From Phaeosaccion multiseriatum (Eukaryota > Protista > Ochrophyta, other classes), in assembly GCA_965112735.1 (NCBI GenBank), contig OZ218958.1, forward strand, positions 310,001 through 374,000: a DNA stretch of 64,000 bases, in the 5' to 3' direction. The notes under the pieces are model-generated. The model was not told the origin of the DNA. It saw only the letters and a list, made by a program, of their open reading frames with translations, and did no database searches. How positions within the stretch are numbered: the stretch's first letter is position 1; each line of letters begins with the position of its first letter. The position numbers and the translations under genes are program-made. This document shows positions 1 to 12,504 of this stretch, one piece after another.

Positions 1-77
1 TGTATGGTGTACGTGTGTGTGGGGGGGGGATGGGAGCCTATATGACTGAATGGAAGGCGTCCCACTGTTCCACTCAC

Positions 78-2541
78 GTTCCGGCCCCCAAGAAGTGAGA
101 TACGTCATGGACATTGACCGTACGTCAAAGTCGAAGAATTGCAAGCCACCTGCACACACGCACGCACGCACACACACACGAGGGAGTATAGACGAGATAG
201 GGATGAGGCAGGAGTGGGAGGGAGGGAGGGAGGAATGAGAGAAGATAGGAGAGGGAGGAAAGGAAGGAAGGAGTCAGGATGGCCAGGGTGGGTTAGCCCT
301 AGCACATGCACTTGGGGATGGCAGCGACTCATTCGAGAGAAACTCTCCCGGCCCCTTCCCTACTCTGAACATGCCCTTCCCTCGCTCTTCTGCTTGACAA
401 GGCTGAGACTCGCTCCCCTTCATCCTCCTCCTCCTCCTCCTCCTCCTCCTCCTCCTCCTCCTCCTCCTCCTCCTCCTGCTCCTCCTGCTCCTCCTGCTCC
501 TCCTCCTCCTCATCATCACCCCTCCCTTCCTCGTCCTCGACGAGGAAGCGCCCCCCGCCCTTACCAAAGAGGGGTCCGTACAAGTAGGACCACTGGGCCA
601 GTACAGCCACTCTTAGCCCGTCGTCGGAATTTCCTGTACCGGTCGGCTGAGGTGGATCGTTGAGAGAGAGGAAAGCGTGTGTAGTGAGAACACGGGGAAA
701 GGGTAAGAGTAAGAGAGAAAGATACAACACATACGAACACACATATAGGCACGCATACATAGATTGACAGATGGACAGAGAGGGAGAGAGGGGGGGGGGG
801 TGCCGACATGGGGGTGTGACAGAAACAGTCCAGTTGTCTAAGGTTTATAGTTTCATGCGGACATCGAAGGCCTACAGTTTCATGCTGACATTGTGGTGCC
901 CAGTGCCCCCCCCCCCCCGCACTGGTACGCCCGCACCTGTTTAAAGAATGACGCCTGCTCAATCTCCAGGTCAACGGCCCCCCAGCCCCGCTGCACCTTG
1001 TTCACTGCGTCAATCTGGAGAGGGGAGAGCGGCGAGAGGGAGGGGTCAAGGGTGCATATCGGCATATGGGTACATGAGAGGGCGGCACAGAAGCAGAGGT
1101 GGGTGAGGCAGGGTGGGGCACACGACAATGATAACTTAGACGAGTCAAAGGGAGGCAGCGACAGATGTCAAGCGATGGATGTCAAGCGACAGATGTCAAG
1201 CGACAGATGTCAAGCGATAGATGTCCAGCTCCGCAGCAACAAAGGCCAAGCTCGGCAGCAACAAAGGCAAGGGTCAGCAGCAGCAGCAGCAGCAGCAGCA
1301 GCGTCTGCTCCCGTCCCGACCTCAGCAACAGAATTGCTCCTCCTAGTCTCTTCTCATCAGACGGCAAACACGACAAAGCAAACCAAGGCCTTCCCGCGTC
1401 GGAAGAGCCACACACAGGGACAAGCGACGTTCCGAGGGACAGAGAACAAGCAGGAGACGAGAGGAGCCCTCTCTCTCTCTGTGTGTGTGTGTGTGTGTGC
1501 GTTCCTCCCCCCCCCTCTGCCTCCCTCTCTCTCTCTCTCTCTTTCTTTCTCTCTCTCTCTCTCCTCATCCTTCCCTCCCCCCCTCTCTCTCTTCCCGACC
1601 GACGGACCTGCTCGTGCATTCGACTCGCCACCTCCGTAATTGACTGTCCATCGCCATACGCGTCAGTCACGTCATACACATCCAGCCCCAGCGCGGGGTA
1701 CGGAGTGACGTCAGCCTCTGGGCAGGTACTACTTCTGAATCCGCACTCAGGGTTGCATTGCTTCCAGCTGGCCACGAGCAACCTCCGCGTGGTGTGCGAG
1801 ATGACGTGGATGGAGTTTGCGGCTACGTAGTCGTTGGGGCTGTCGATGTGTCCGAACTGGTCCACTCGCTTGTGACGGTCCTCTTCGAAGGGGTCTGGTG
1901 GGGTATGGAGCAGGGATTGGGTGTGTGGAAGAGAGAAAGAGAGAGCGAGTGTACGTGCGTGAGTAAGAGGGACAGAGAGAGAGGGGAGTGGGCGGGTCGG
2001 GGGGGGGGGAAGCAACCGTGGAGAGGGAGGAAAGGAGAGCGAGAGACGGGAAAGAGGAAAGAGATGGGGCAGGATGGGTCAGGGGGTCAGCGAGGGGCCA
2101 AAAAGTCAGAATGAGTGTGTTTATAAAATGTTGTGGGAAGTGATAACCCCCCCTAACCCCCCCTCCCCCTGTCACTTTTCATCATCAGCATCGCCTCTAA
2201 GCCAAGCAGAGTGCCAGCCACGCACCTACTGCGTACATGTTGATGCCTTTCCCGCATCCCGCTGCCTGATAGAGGTCCCAGGCGAGGACGGCCTGCGCCG
2301 TCTCGGTGTCGACCAAGCTTTCCTGTGAGGCGGCCTTGCCGGCGTACGAGACGATATTCTCCTCCAGATTGAGTGGCCAGCTGCTGTGCTCGCTGATGAA
2401 CTGCCCGACAGGGTCTGTGGTCGGCCCCGTGGTCACAGTAGCCTCTACCTGTGGATTGGGAGGAACACCCGAAAGGAGCAGCAAGCCGGACAGCACCACG
2501 CTGCACCCGGGAAGCAGCTGCGCCTTCCTCATCCCCATCAT
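78..2541 (-). CDS. Uncharacterised secreted protein, multi-exon, 3' part runs off the window start
   Basis: Phase-compatible GT-AG exons 2541-2226, 1894-1608, 1014-937, 646-565, 149-78. N-terminal hydrophobic signal-like segment (VVLSGLLLLSG). No family recognised. Confidence 0.65.
1157..1226. repeat. Intronic minisatellite, 5 x 14 bp (AGCGAYRGATGTCA)
   Basis: Tandem copies read directly: agcgacagatgtca / agcgatggatgtca / agcgacagatgtca x2 / agcgatagatgtcc. Confidence 0.9.
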
Positions 2542-3056
2542 GCCTGCTTCTTACTTCCTGCAACGCGATGCTCTCCTTCTTAGCTTTCCCGCACTGTGGG
2601 GGGTCACGACCCGAGACACGGCAGTCGCCCGCCTGGGGCAACAAAATAAACCAGACCCAAGGCAGACGCCAAAACACCGCACCACAAGGAAGAACAGGAG
2701 GACGAGCTCCTTGGAAAATGTGGACGCAGGGCTGGCCTATGGCCCTTCTACAGCAGCTCTGCGTTCCGCCGAATCACGCGCGAGACGAGGTCAGGTGTCT
2801 ACACTTGGGGGAGGCCCAACTTCACCAAAGACGTATGCCTCCAAATGGTGATGCGTGTTTGGATTGCCCCATCACCTTTTCATTTCACCACCAGCACACG
2901 CCTAAAGCTCTGGCGGAATATAGACTCATTGCCGCTCCAACCCACAAGAAGCAGAGCTCACAACCACATTACAAGCAAGGCACAGCATTCGACTGAGCAA
3001 TAGCATTAGCAATAGCAAGAGCAAGAGCAAGAGCAAGAGCAGCAAGCAGCGCACAG

Positions 3057-4373
3057 ATGACGAAGACAGCGGCAACATTGGTGTCGGCGACGGTGCTCCT
3101 GGCGAGCATGGGTAGCGAGGGCGTCTCCGCCTTCGTGGCGCCTTCTCTACAGCACGCTGGCCACCTGCAGCGGAGCATGGCAGGGCCCGCAGCATCGGCA
3201 AGGGCAATCCGAAGCGGGTCGGCCCAAGCTGGGGCGAACAAGAGGAGGGTGGCAGCGGGCTTGAAGATGTCTAGTCCCGAGAGCGACGCAGCAGGCACGA
3301 CGGCAACGCTGACCGCGAGCGAGAAGGCATTGCAGCAGCTGGAGATGGCCAAAGCACTCCGCGAGGAAGCGGAGCGAATAGAGCAAGGACTGAAGGACGC
3401 AGAGCAGCAGGACATTGTACAGGGCTTCGAGAAGTTTGACCTTGACGGGGACGGTCGAGTGGACAGAGACGAGCTGCAGCTGGGCATGGAGAAGCTTTTG
3501 CGAGATGACTTCGTGAAGAAGCTCAAGACTGCGCTGAGGAGGAGCCCGACAAAGGAGGAGGTGGAGGAGCGCATCAGCAGGCTGCCGAGGGGAGAGCTGC
3601 TCCCCAAGGCGTCTCTCAAGAAGCTGCTGAAGGAGTACGACTCGAACAGCGATGGCACTCTGACGTTGGATGAGTTTAACAAGCTGCCGAGGATGAAGAG
3701 CTCCCTGGACAAGATTTTCGCGGAGGAGAGGCAAGCTCAAGTAGCCGCAATGATTGAGGAACGCAAGGCCGCACGGGCCGCCGAGGACGAGGCTAACGGC
3801 CGCGCCCCGAAGAAGATGTCCAAGATCGGCGGCATTTCCACCGACATGGAGGTCAACAACGGCGAGCCGACGCCCGGGGACAGGCTGTTCTCCATCCTGC
3901 CCTACCTCCTGCCCCTGTGCGACAGTGTGGTGTTCGGTGGGCATCTCATCAGCTCGAACCCGAGTCTGTGGGCCCCCGTCGCTGTGCCCCTGGCCATCAT
4001 CAGCGGCATCTACCGCGCCGTGCCCCTGGGCGGGCTGTTGGCCTTCTTTGCCATCTCAGCCGCCTCCAACAACCCTAGCGTCAACAAGCTGGTGCGGTAC
4101 AACCTTCGGCAATCCATCAACCTCGACATTGCCTTGTTCTTGCCCAACCTCCTCCTCTTCATCGGAGGCTTCGCGGCCAACCAACTCAAGATCGACCCGG
4201 CCTTCGCTTCGAGTGTCGGAGAGGGACTGGCGGACTTTGTGTTCATTGCTACTTTGATCAGCATTGCCTACAGCGTTGGTACCTCGGCACTCGGAAAGTT
4301 CCCCACGGGCCTGCCGCTCCTGGGGGAGATGAACAGAGAGAACCCCCGTTACGACGAGGGAGACGACGAGTAG
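3057..4373 (+). CDS. Plastid-targeted EF-hand + Tic20/Ycf60-family membrane protein (single exon)
   Basis: Signal peptide ending VSA|FVAP (ASAFAP motif) followed by a transit peptide. Two canonical EF loops, DLDGDGRVDRDE and DSNSDGTLTLDE. C-terminal DRLFSILPYLLPL...VRYNLRQSINLDI and 4 TM segments typical of Tic20. Confidence 0.85.
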   Translation: MTKTAATLVSATVLLASMGSEGVSAFVAPSLQHAGHLQRSMAGPAASARAIRSGSAQAGANKRRVAAGLKMSSPESDAAGTTATLTASEKALQQLEMAKALREEAERIEQGLKDAEQQDIVQGFEKFDLDGDGRVDRDELQLGMEKLLRDDFVKKLKTALRRSPTKEEVEERISRLPRGELLPKASLKKLLKEYDSNSDGTLTLDEFNKLPRMKSSLDKIFAEERQAQVAAMIEERKAARAAEDEANGRAPKKMSKIGGISTDMEVNNGEPTPGDRLFSILPYLLPLCDSVVFGGHLISSNPSLWAPVAVPLAIISGIYRAVPLGGLLAFFAISAASNNPSVNKLVRYNLRQSINLDIALFLPNLLLFIGGFAANQLKIDPAFASSVGEGLADFVFIATLISIAYSVGTSALGKFPTGLPLLGEMNRENPRYDEGDDE

Positions 4374-4642
4374 TGGCAGGGAGGAGTGACGGGCCATCAG
4401 CCCGTGTGGTGCGGTTTCGTCCTTGTTTGTCTTTTCTTTTGCTTGGGGGGGGGGGGGGAGGAAGGGGAGGAGAGGAGAACTGTTGAAAAACCATTGTACA
4501 TTTGTAGGTAACAATTTTAAACTTCAAATCAATAGAGGATACAGTACAATACGCTGAAAAACGCACTCCCTCTCATTTATAGACTGTGTACAGGCCGCAG
4601 TAGGCTGCAGGCGGCAGGTATACGGCAGCTCACGTTACAGGC

Positions 4643-5095
4643 TTACAGGCTCCTTCTCTGCGGGCGCTGCGTAGTGTAGCTCAGGATGCCCAGGTACAGC
4701 AGCACAGAGCCGAGACCACACACGCTTAGCAGCACACCCACCATCACGCCCACCACCCACCCCTCCAGCTCAGTCGGGGCCTCCAGAGAGAGAAGCTGGC
4801 ACATGTACAGTGTAGAGTGGACAGTTACGTAGGGGGGAGTGCGTCACTTACGGGTGTAGTTGTTACGATTCGGGGGATTCGTTTGGCTTGCGGTGGTGAA
4901 GGGATGGGAGGGGAAGTAACTCTTCAGGTGGGCTGGGGAGAGGGGAACTGAGAGAGGAGGGTTTGCCACACACACACACACACACACAACACACTCAACA
5001 CACACACGCACACACACACATGCACACACAACACAGACAACACACACGCACATGAACACACACACACACAACACAACGTGCACACATGCACACAT

Positions 5096-5140
<45 letters not shown>

Positions 5141-8100
5141 AGTGCATCAGCAGAGAGCCAGGCGTGGGTCAAGCAGTTAGGAAACAAACACAAGCAACAT
5201 ATACCTCAAGTGGCTGTTGTCAGGCAAAAGAAACACTCTGTGAGGGAGGGGGTGGAGGCCGTATCACCAACCTCTCTATGTGTGAGGGTGCAGCATCGCA
5301 CCGCCGCCTCCGCCTCCTCCACGGCGACCTGTGTGCCGATGAGCACCTCCTCTGCAGCCACCGCCAGGGCAGTCGCCATCTGCAGAGCCTTCTCAAACTT
5401 CTGGCCTGAAGGGGGGGGGGCGACAAAAGACAAGACAGCGGCCACGAAGCACCGCAGAGGTTGTGGCGCAATTCCCGTACAAGGAGGGCAAAGTGTGGAG
5501 GAGGAAGGGAGGGAAGGACGGGAGGGAAGGAGAGGGAGGACGGAGTTGAGGAGAGGAGGGAGGGAGGCGAGGGATGGAAGGGAGAGGAGGGAGGGAGGGA
5601 GGGAGGGGAGGGGAGGAGAGGGAAGGGGTCAACGGGTGAGTCTCCGCCCAACCCCCTGCCCTGGACCCTCTGAGCATGAGCGTGAGGCTGACCCCAAAGC
5701 TCGGCACTCGCCTTTGAGGTTGAGAGCATTCTCCTCCCAGAGAGAGAGCACTCTCAGCACCTCCTTGTGCTGCTGCACCACCACATCCACCGCGTCGCCA
5801 ATACTAAGAGCGTCGGCCACCTGTGAGAGTGAGGACAAGAAAAGAGAGAAGACAATAAAAGAGAGAAGAAGGGAGGGATAAAGAGAAGAGGGAAGTCAGG
5901 ATAGAGAGAGGAAGGGAAACGGAGAGAGGGTTGGGGTGGGATCGCCAGCCTGTGCCTGGGTTGTCTTTGGCTCCCCTCCCACCCTTGTGCCCGACCCAAA
6001 AGTTCTCCCTCCCTCCCTCCCTCCCTCCCTCCCTCCCTCCCTCCCTCCCTCCCTCCCTCCCTCCCTCCCTCCCTCCCTCCCTCCCTCCCTCCCTCCCGCC
6101 CGCCCGCCCGCCCTCCCCTTGCCCCTCTCTCTTTTCCGCACCTGCGAGAAGGCCTTACCCCAGTCGGCCTCGGCAGAACCCTTTCTACCCTTTTCCACAG
6201 AGAGCTCTCCGAAGGCGGCGAAAGCCGTTACACTCGATAACAGCACAGGGGCTGGGAGAGCGTCCCTGTTGGAAGGAAAGGGACGGAGGGAGGGAGGGGG
6301 GATGGGGGGGAGGGGAGGAGGGAGGGAGGGGGGCGGGAAATGAAGACGGAGGGCGAGGGTAGCGTGTGTCTCGGTGGTGGACAGTTGACGAGGTTGCACC
6401 CCCGTATCTCCCTTGCTTCCTTCCACCCCTTGCCTCTTGTACGGGGCAGCACCAACAGCCCCAGTAGCAGCAGCAGCAGCACCACCACCACCACCACCAC
6501 GGCCACCACCCGCACCAGCACTACCACCAATATCAGCACCCGCAGTGCGCTGTCAGCACTTACGTGGCAAATGTGTCGAGCGAGCAAGTGGCGGCACGGA
6601 GAGAGCGAGCGGCCTCCTCCATGCGAGAGAGTACAACGTTCCTCCTACACACCTCCACCGTCAGACTCGATAGCGGCGACTGCCCCTCCCTCTGCCCCTG
6701 GCCCTGGCCCTGCCCCTGCCCCCCCTGGCCCTCGTCGAGGAACGCAGCAGACGGAGGTGCACCTACTCCCCAGCCGAAGGGCGAGAAGGGGTGGAAGCCG
6801 TGCGCCCACGTTAGATCCAGCGCCCACCTCCCTCCTCCTCCGTGAGCAGGGGACCACCACTGATGGGGAGGTGAGGCTCCGCATACAGCGGAGAGCAAGC
6901 CCGACACCACGCTGGATGTGGCATCCTCCACGGCCGTCGCCAGCTGTTGGCCGGATTCGAAGAAGGGAATTCTCACAGGGCCGGAGGAGGAGTCGGACTG
7001 GAGCACCAACACGGCATCCGATCCGGGGGGCGCGGCGACAGCGGTGTCGTCTTGGAAGAGCCGCGGTAAGTCGCCAAGGTCATCGTCATACACCGCCCTT
7101 CCTCCTCCTGTTCCTCCTGCTCCTCCTACATTGGCCTTGTAGAGAGGCCCGTGCGAGCTTCGATGCATGCCGGCCAACAGGCCGCTGTGCGCCCCCCCCA
7201 AGCTGAACACAAACACAGGCAGGACCTTCACGTCCTGCCCCCTCCCCCCGTCCACCCCCAGCAGCTCTTCGGGCGCCTTGCCCGCCTCTCCCGCCAGGTC
7301 CAGCCACAGCAGAGGGTCCGGCCCTCCTCCTCGCCCTCCCCATCCCTCTGAAGAGGAGGAGGAGGAGGAGGCACCTCTAGCGTCGTTGAGGAGCTGCGAG
7401 GCAAGAGTGTCTCCCGCGGTCTCCATGGCATAGAGGAGCTCTGCGCTGTCCACAAACGACTCTTGTCGCGAGCGGAAGGCAGCAGATGGTGACAGTGGAG
7501 GCAGGCTTCCTGTCGTCGTTGTCGTGGCTGATGGGGCGGAATGTCGCTTGGAGCGGCTCGATATGGAGCGAGCAAGGGCCACGGCAATCTGGGGGTGGTC
7601 TTGTAACTGCAGACAGGGAGAGAGAAAGGAGAGGGAGGGAGAGAGAGGGATGGAGGAAGAGCGAGAGAAGGAAGAGTGGGCATGGTGGTGAGGAACGAGT
7701 GCAGAGACAGCGAGAGAGCAGCAGACGGAATGTGTATGCCCTTTTCCTTCTTTGGTACTGAGAGAGAGAGAGCTCGCTTCTTTCTCCCATGTTCTTTCTC
7801 TCATTCTCTCACTGTCCCCCTATTCTCGCATGATCGCATTCTCTCTCCCCCCCTCTCTGTGTGTGCATGGGCTGGTGCATACGCATGTGTTTGCTGCGTG
7901 CCTGTGCGTGCGTGCATGCGTGTATATATATACATGCGTGCATAGTGTGTGTGTGTGTCTGCGAACAACGGCTTACCGAGTGCGAGGCAGACAGCACCAC
8001 AACCTGCTGGCCGGCCCCTGCCACCGCCTTCATGGCCCCCCTCACAGCATCTACCCGCACCACCTCCTGAGGTGTATCACCAACTGCTGCAGCGGAAGAG

Positions 8101-9933
8101 TCTCTGAGGACGACAATGGGGACGAGGAGGAGCCTGCGGGGAGGGGGTGAGAGGACCGCAGGGAGGTCTGGTACGAGAACGGTTCGGATGGCAGACACCA
8201 GCACGGAGGAGAGCTTGGCTTGGAACACGGCCAGAGACTGATGAGGGTTGGCCTGTTGTGGAGTGAGGGAGGGAGAAGTGGGGCAACGGGCACGACCGGG
8301 GGGGAGGAAGCGAGGGAGGGGGGCAGTGACGGGAGGGAGGAGGGGGAGAGAGGGGAGGGAGGGGAGCATTCCATGTCAATGCGTCTCAGCGTCGCGGGTG
8401 TGAGCCACCACATACAGCGCCACCACCCCACCAAGCTTCCCTGCCTCACTCCCTGCCGCTACTGCTGCGTACCTCTTCACTGTCGGTAGGCCGAGGGCTC
8501 GATTTAGCCCACAGCGGCCGCAACGGCTGCTCCTGCTCCTGCTGCTGCTGCTGTTGGTACACCGCCGCTGGCAAGGGCCTCTCCCCTCGTCCGCCTCCCA
8601 CCCTCTCCGGGTACCTCCCTTCCAGGACCGAGCCCCCGGGGTCCAGCAGGGCTCCAAACTCACACGCCTCGGCCCCCAAGTCGAGGAGCAGCACACGTCC
8701 TTGCCCTATCCAAGCCTGCGCACAGCGACTACTCGCCCCGCCTCCCCCCTCCTTCCCATGGACGGGCTTTGCTGACTCCGTCTCGCTTGCCTGGTCTGTC
8801 ACCGGTGGTGTCTCCAGCGGCGCGTGGGCAGCGGAGCGCGGCTCTGAGAATCGATACGCCAACTCAGGCAACGCAGCATTAGTCTCGTCCCCCTCTCCCT
8901 TTCCTCCTTCCCTCCCCTCCCGCGCTGCCCTCCTCCTGACTCTCGCATGGAGCTCGCGTCGATCAGGACTCGCCACCAGCACCACCACCTCGCCGGCTCC
9001 GAACAGTCCTTCTTTTGCCCCAGCAGCCCCGTGTCCAGCAGGTCCAGCGGCGGCTGTAGCCTCCAGAGCAATGTCCTCCAGGAGGCTGGACACCTTCACC
9101 ACAGAGCAGAGCAGCATACCGGCGTACTCTCCCTCCGTATCTGTTGGTGTCTCTGTCTGGGGGCCTTCGCGGGACAAGAGTCTTCTCCGCCGCCGAGACG
9201 CCTCCACCGCCACTGCGGCCTCCTTACCTTCCACCTCCTCACTGCCTGACTCGCCTCCTCCTGCGGCCGCGATCATTGCATCTAGTTCTGCCAGTCCCGT
9301 CAACCCTGCGGCAGGCTCCTCTGCTTCTTTTGGATCTATTGTCGCCCCCTCCCCCCCTCCTCCAGCTGCCACGACTGGATCTGCTGTTGCGTCTACTGGT
9401 GATACCACCCCCCCGCCTGTGCCTATGTCTCTCTTTTCCTGTACGGGTGTGTGCATCTCTCCTCCCTCCACAAGCGCATCCACATACCGGCTCACCAACT
9501 CTGGCGACGCCTTACTGACCTCGTACGTCAGCTTGTACAGCACAGACATGGCGTCACTACTACTGCTAAGGACCCCCTGGAGGACTTTTACTTGTCTGGT
9601 GGGCAGCACTTCCTTGAGATACGCGGCGAGGGCAAACTTGTCCACTTCGGCCTCCTCCTCCCCTCCCAGCAGGACGACTCGAACCTTCAGCCCCAGTGTG
9701 ACTCGGCCTTCCCACCCTCCTCCTCCCCCTCCTGTTGATCCTCCTGCTCCTCGTCCCCCTCGTTCTCCTCCTGCCGCTCCGACCCAGTAGCAGGTCAGGT
9801 GCAACAAGGCCATCAGCAGGAAGAAGAAAGTGCGCAAGTGTCTCAATCCAAAGCCCCTTGAGGGCAGGAGTACTCCCCCCCCCCCAGGGTGGGAGCCTGC
9901 AGTGGCCACCAATATCCTCGTTGGCGTCACCAT
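4643..9933 (-). CDS. Uncharacterised type-I membrane protein; from memory it resembles the plant At4g16180/At5g58100-like family
   Basis: Exons ~9933-8473, 8252-7977, 7607-6563, 6265-6141, 5820-5712, 5405-~5240, ~4795-4643. Motifs AWIGQGRVLLLDLG, VPIVVL, VLPVFVFSL, WAHGFHPFSPF. N-terminal hydrophobic segment and a C-terminal TM (WVVGVMVGVLLSVCGLGSVLLYL). The last junction is uncertain. Confidence 0.7.
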
Positions 9934-10304
9934 CACTGGGCAGGAGGGACAGAAAAAAGAGAGAGAGAGGAAGGGAGGGAAGACCCAACGTGCCAAGATT
10001 CAAATCTGTGACTTTCGCGGCCCGTTGGCGCGGGGCGGCCGGCGGACGGCGGTGTTTTGGCTATGTATTGCAGACACGCAAGAGATAGGAAGATACATCT
10101 ATCCCCACAACAGGCTGCTTCCTGTTGTCCCTCTGAGTCTTCCTTCTGCTTTGCTCTATTGTACACTTATCCTCTGGCTTTACCGTCATCGCCCCCCCCC
10201 TGCAGACGGGCAGGGCTCCTCCTGCGGTAGTGGCCCAGCAGCAGCAGCAGCGGGGAATCCTCTCAGATGCCACTCTCTGGCACAGGTAAAGAGGCACACT
10301 TTCC

Positions 10305-10335
<31 letters not shown>

Positions 10336-10627
10336 ATCATCCTAGTCTATCACCCCCCCCCCCCCTTTCTATCCACCCCACGCCTCCATTCAACCGCCGC
10401 CCTCACCTCTCGATCCCCTCCCTTCCCCTCCCCTCCAGCATCAGACCTCCCGCCCCAGATTTCCTTCTCCCGACCAAGTCTGCCTCCAAATCCACATCCA
10501 CCTTGCCTTCCACCCGTCCCCTTCTCCCTCTGACCTCTCCACCCGGCCTTTCTCACAGCCCACTCACTCCATCCACATTAGCCATCCTCCTTAGCGTGAG
10601 CAGCCACCCCCCCCCCCTCCCTCCCCA

Positions 10628-11908
10628 TCAGCGCGGACAGTCGCACGGACAGCCATTGGCGTGCACCCACGCCTTGATCTCCTCCATCTTGACAGGGTTG
10701 TCGAACAAGAGGCGCCCTCGCTGTTGGAGCACCTCTGGACAGGAGCTCTCGTCCCAATCGCACATGATGCCCTGTACAGTGGAGTATGCAATACCCCATG
10801 GATTTAATACGTACGTTTCAGATGTTTCAGAGGGGGTCAAGTTGATTAGTCAACTCAGTGCCAGGGGTCAGGACGAGTCACGGGTGTCAGGACGGGGGTG
10901 AGAAGGAACATCGATATCGAAATCGACAATCTATTATGTACGATATCGCAAGGTAGCGCTCGAGTGGAGCGACAAGACGAGAAGGGCAGGCAGGAGAGGC
11001 AGCCATTTAGAGCAGTTGGTGATACACAAGTCAAGATACAACCGTTACATGTCCAGTGCCGCCCTTACCTCCGATCGGAACCACTTCAAGACCTCGAAGC
11101 GCCCCTTACTCGCGGCCTCGCTCACTGTCGCCGGACCCCAACTGTGGAGTGAATACGTAAGTCAGTGAATACGTAAGTCAGTGGAGGTGTAGGTAGAGGG
11201 GGTGGGGGGTGAGTTATGTGGTTGCCACCCCGCAGGCCGCAGGGGGAAATTGGCCGGCCTTTTCTGTTTCTTGTCCGCCAAACCAGAGCCGAACCAAGGA
11301 AAACACAAAATACAAAATACACATACAGTACGGGACAGGACAGCACCAGTTGGTGACACGTCATAGCACAGCACTCGCCTGCACAGATGGCGGGCTTTGC
11401 TGTGCAGAAATTTGAGTGTGTCGAGCCGCCCCGCTGAGCACGGAGGGATGGAAAGACGGGATGGAAGGGAGGAAGGAGAGGAAGGATGGACGGATGGAAG
11501 GAAGGAGGGGGGGGAGAAAGGGAAGAGAAGAAGAAAGAAAAGAAAGGAAGAAAGGGTGAGGGGGCTGGGGCACACGAGAGCAAAGCGGAAAGCAAAACAC
11601 TTTTACCTCGCCTCTTCGTGCCCCCTGCCCGCGAGGAGTCGCACCACTTCAAAATGTCCCATGGCTCTAGCCGAGTGTGCTGCAAACACCAGCAGCCCCC
11701 TCCCAACCCTCCTTTCACCACTTCAATCCTCCTCTCTTCGCCCTCTTGCCCCCCTCCCCCTGCACCTCCTTCTCTCTCCCCACCCCTCCTCCTCCTCCTG
11801 TTCCCCCTCCTCACCTGATGCTGCTACTGCGGCCCCAAACAACCACACGCCGCCGACGAGATCCATGACAAGCAGCACCGGCAGATACTGTGCCAGCCAT
11901 TCCTGCCA

Positions 11909-11972
<64 letters not shown>

Positions 11973-12464
11973 AGGGCGGGGGGGATGGACATGAGAAGAG
12001 GCAGGCGAGGAGGTATAAAGTGCAAATGTGCTCTTTGGAATGAGGGGTTGACTTGGAGGAGGAGGAGGAGGAGGAGGAGGAGGAAGAAGAGTGAAAAACG
12101 ACAGGGCGGTAAGAGATATGAAATAGCAAGAGGACACAGCAATCACACACACAGAAGGGAGGGGCCAGCAACGAGCAAGAGGAGGCAACAAGAGGGCCTG
12201 CCTCTGCCGGGCTGGCTGGCTGACTGACCGGCTGACCGACTGACCGACTGTCCCCCCTCCCTTCCTCCCTCCCTCCCTCCCTCCCTCCCTCCCTCCCTCA
12301 ATCACTGCCTGCCCCCTTCCCTCCCCTCGTGAGCCACTCACCATGACTGGGATCTGCCCATAGATGGCGCTGCCCAGCCACACACCGGCGTCGAAGGGAG
12401 CCCCTGCCTGCATGGCCCACTTGAGACTCTCCACAGCGCCCCTCCTCGCTGTGTGCGCCAATCG

Positions 12465-12504
<40 letters not shown>

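Noticed and set aside
1157-1226. 14-bp repeats as a CRISPR-like array
   Set aside because: Contiguous tandem units with no spacers, inside a eukaryotic intron, and no cas genes.
11606-11680. Extra exon (..WDILKW..) in the ankyrin-like gene
   Set aside because: The flanking exons join in phase without it, and the acceptor lacks a pyrimidine tract.
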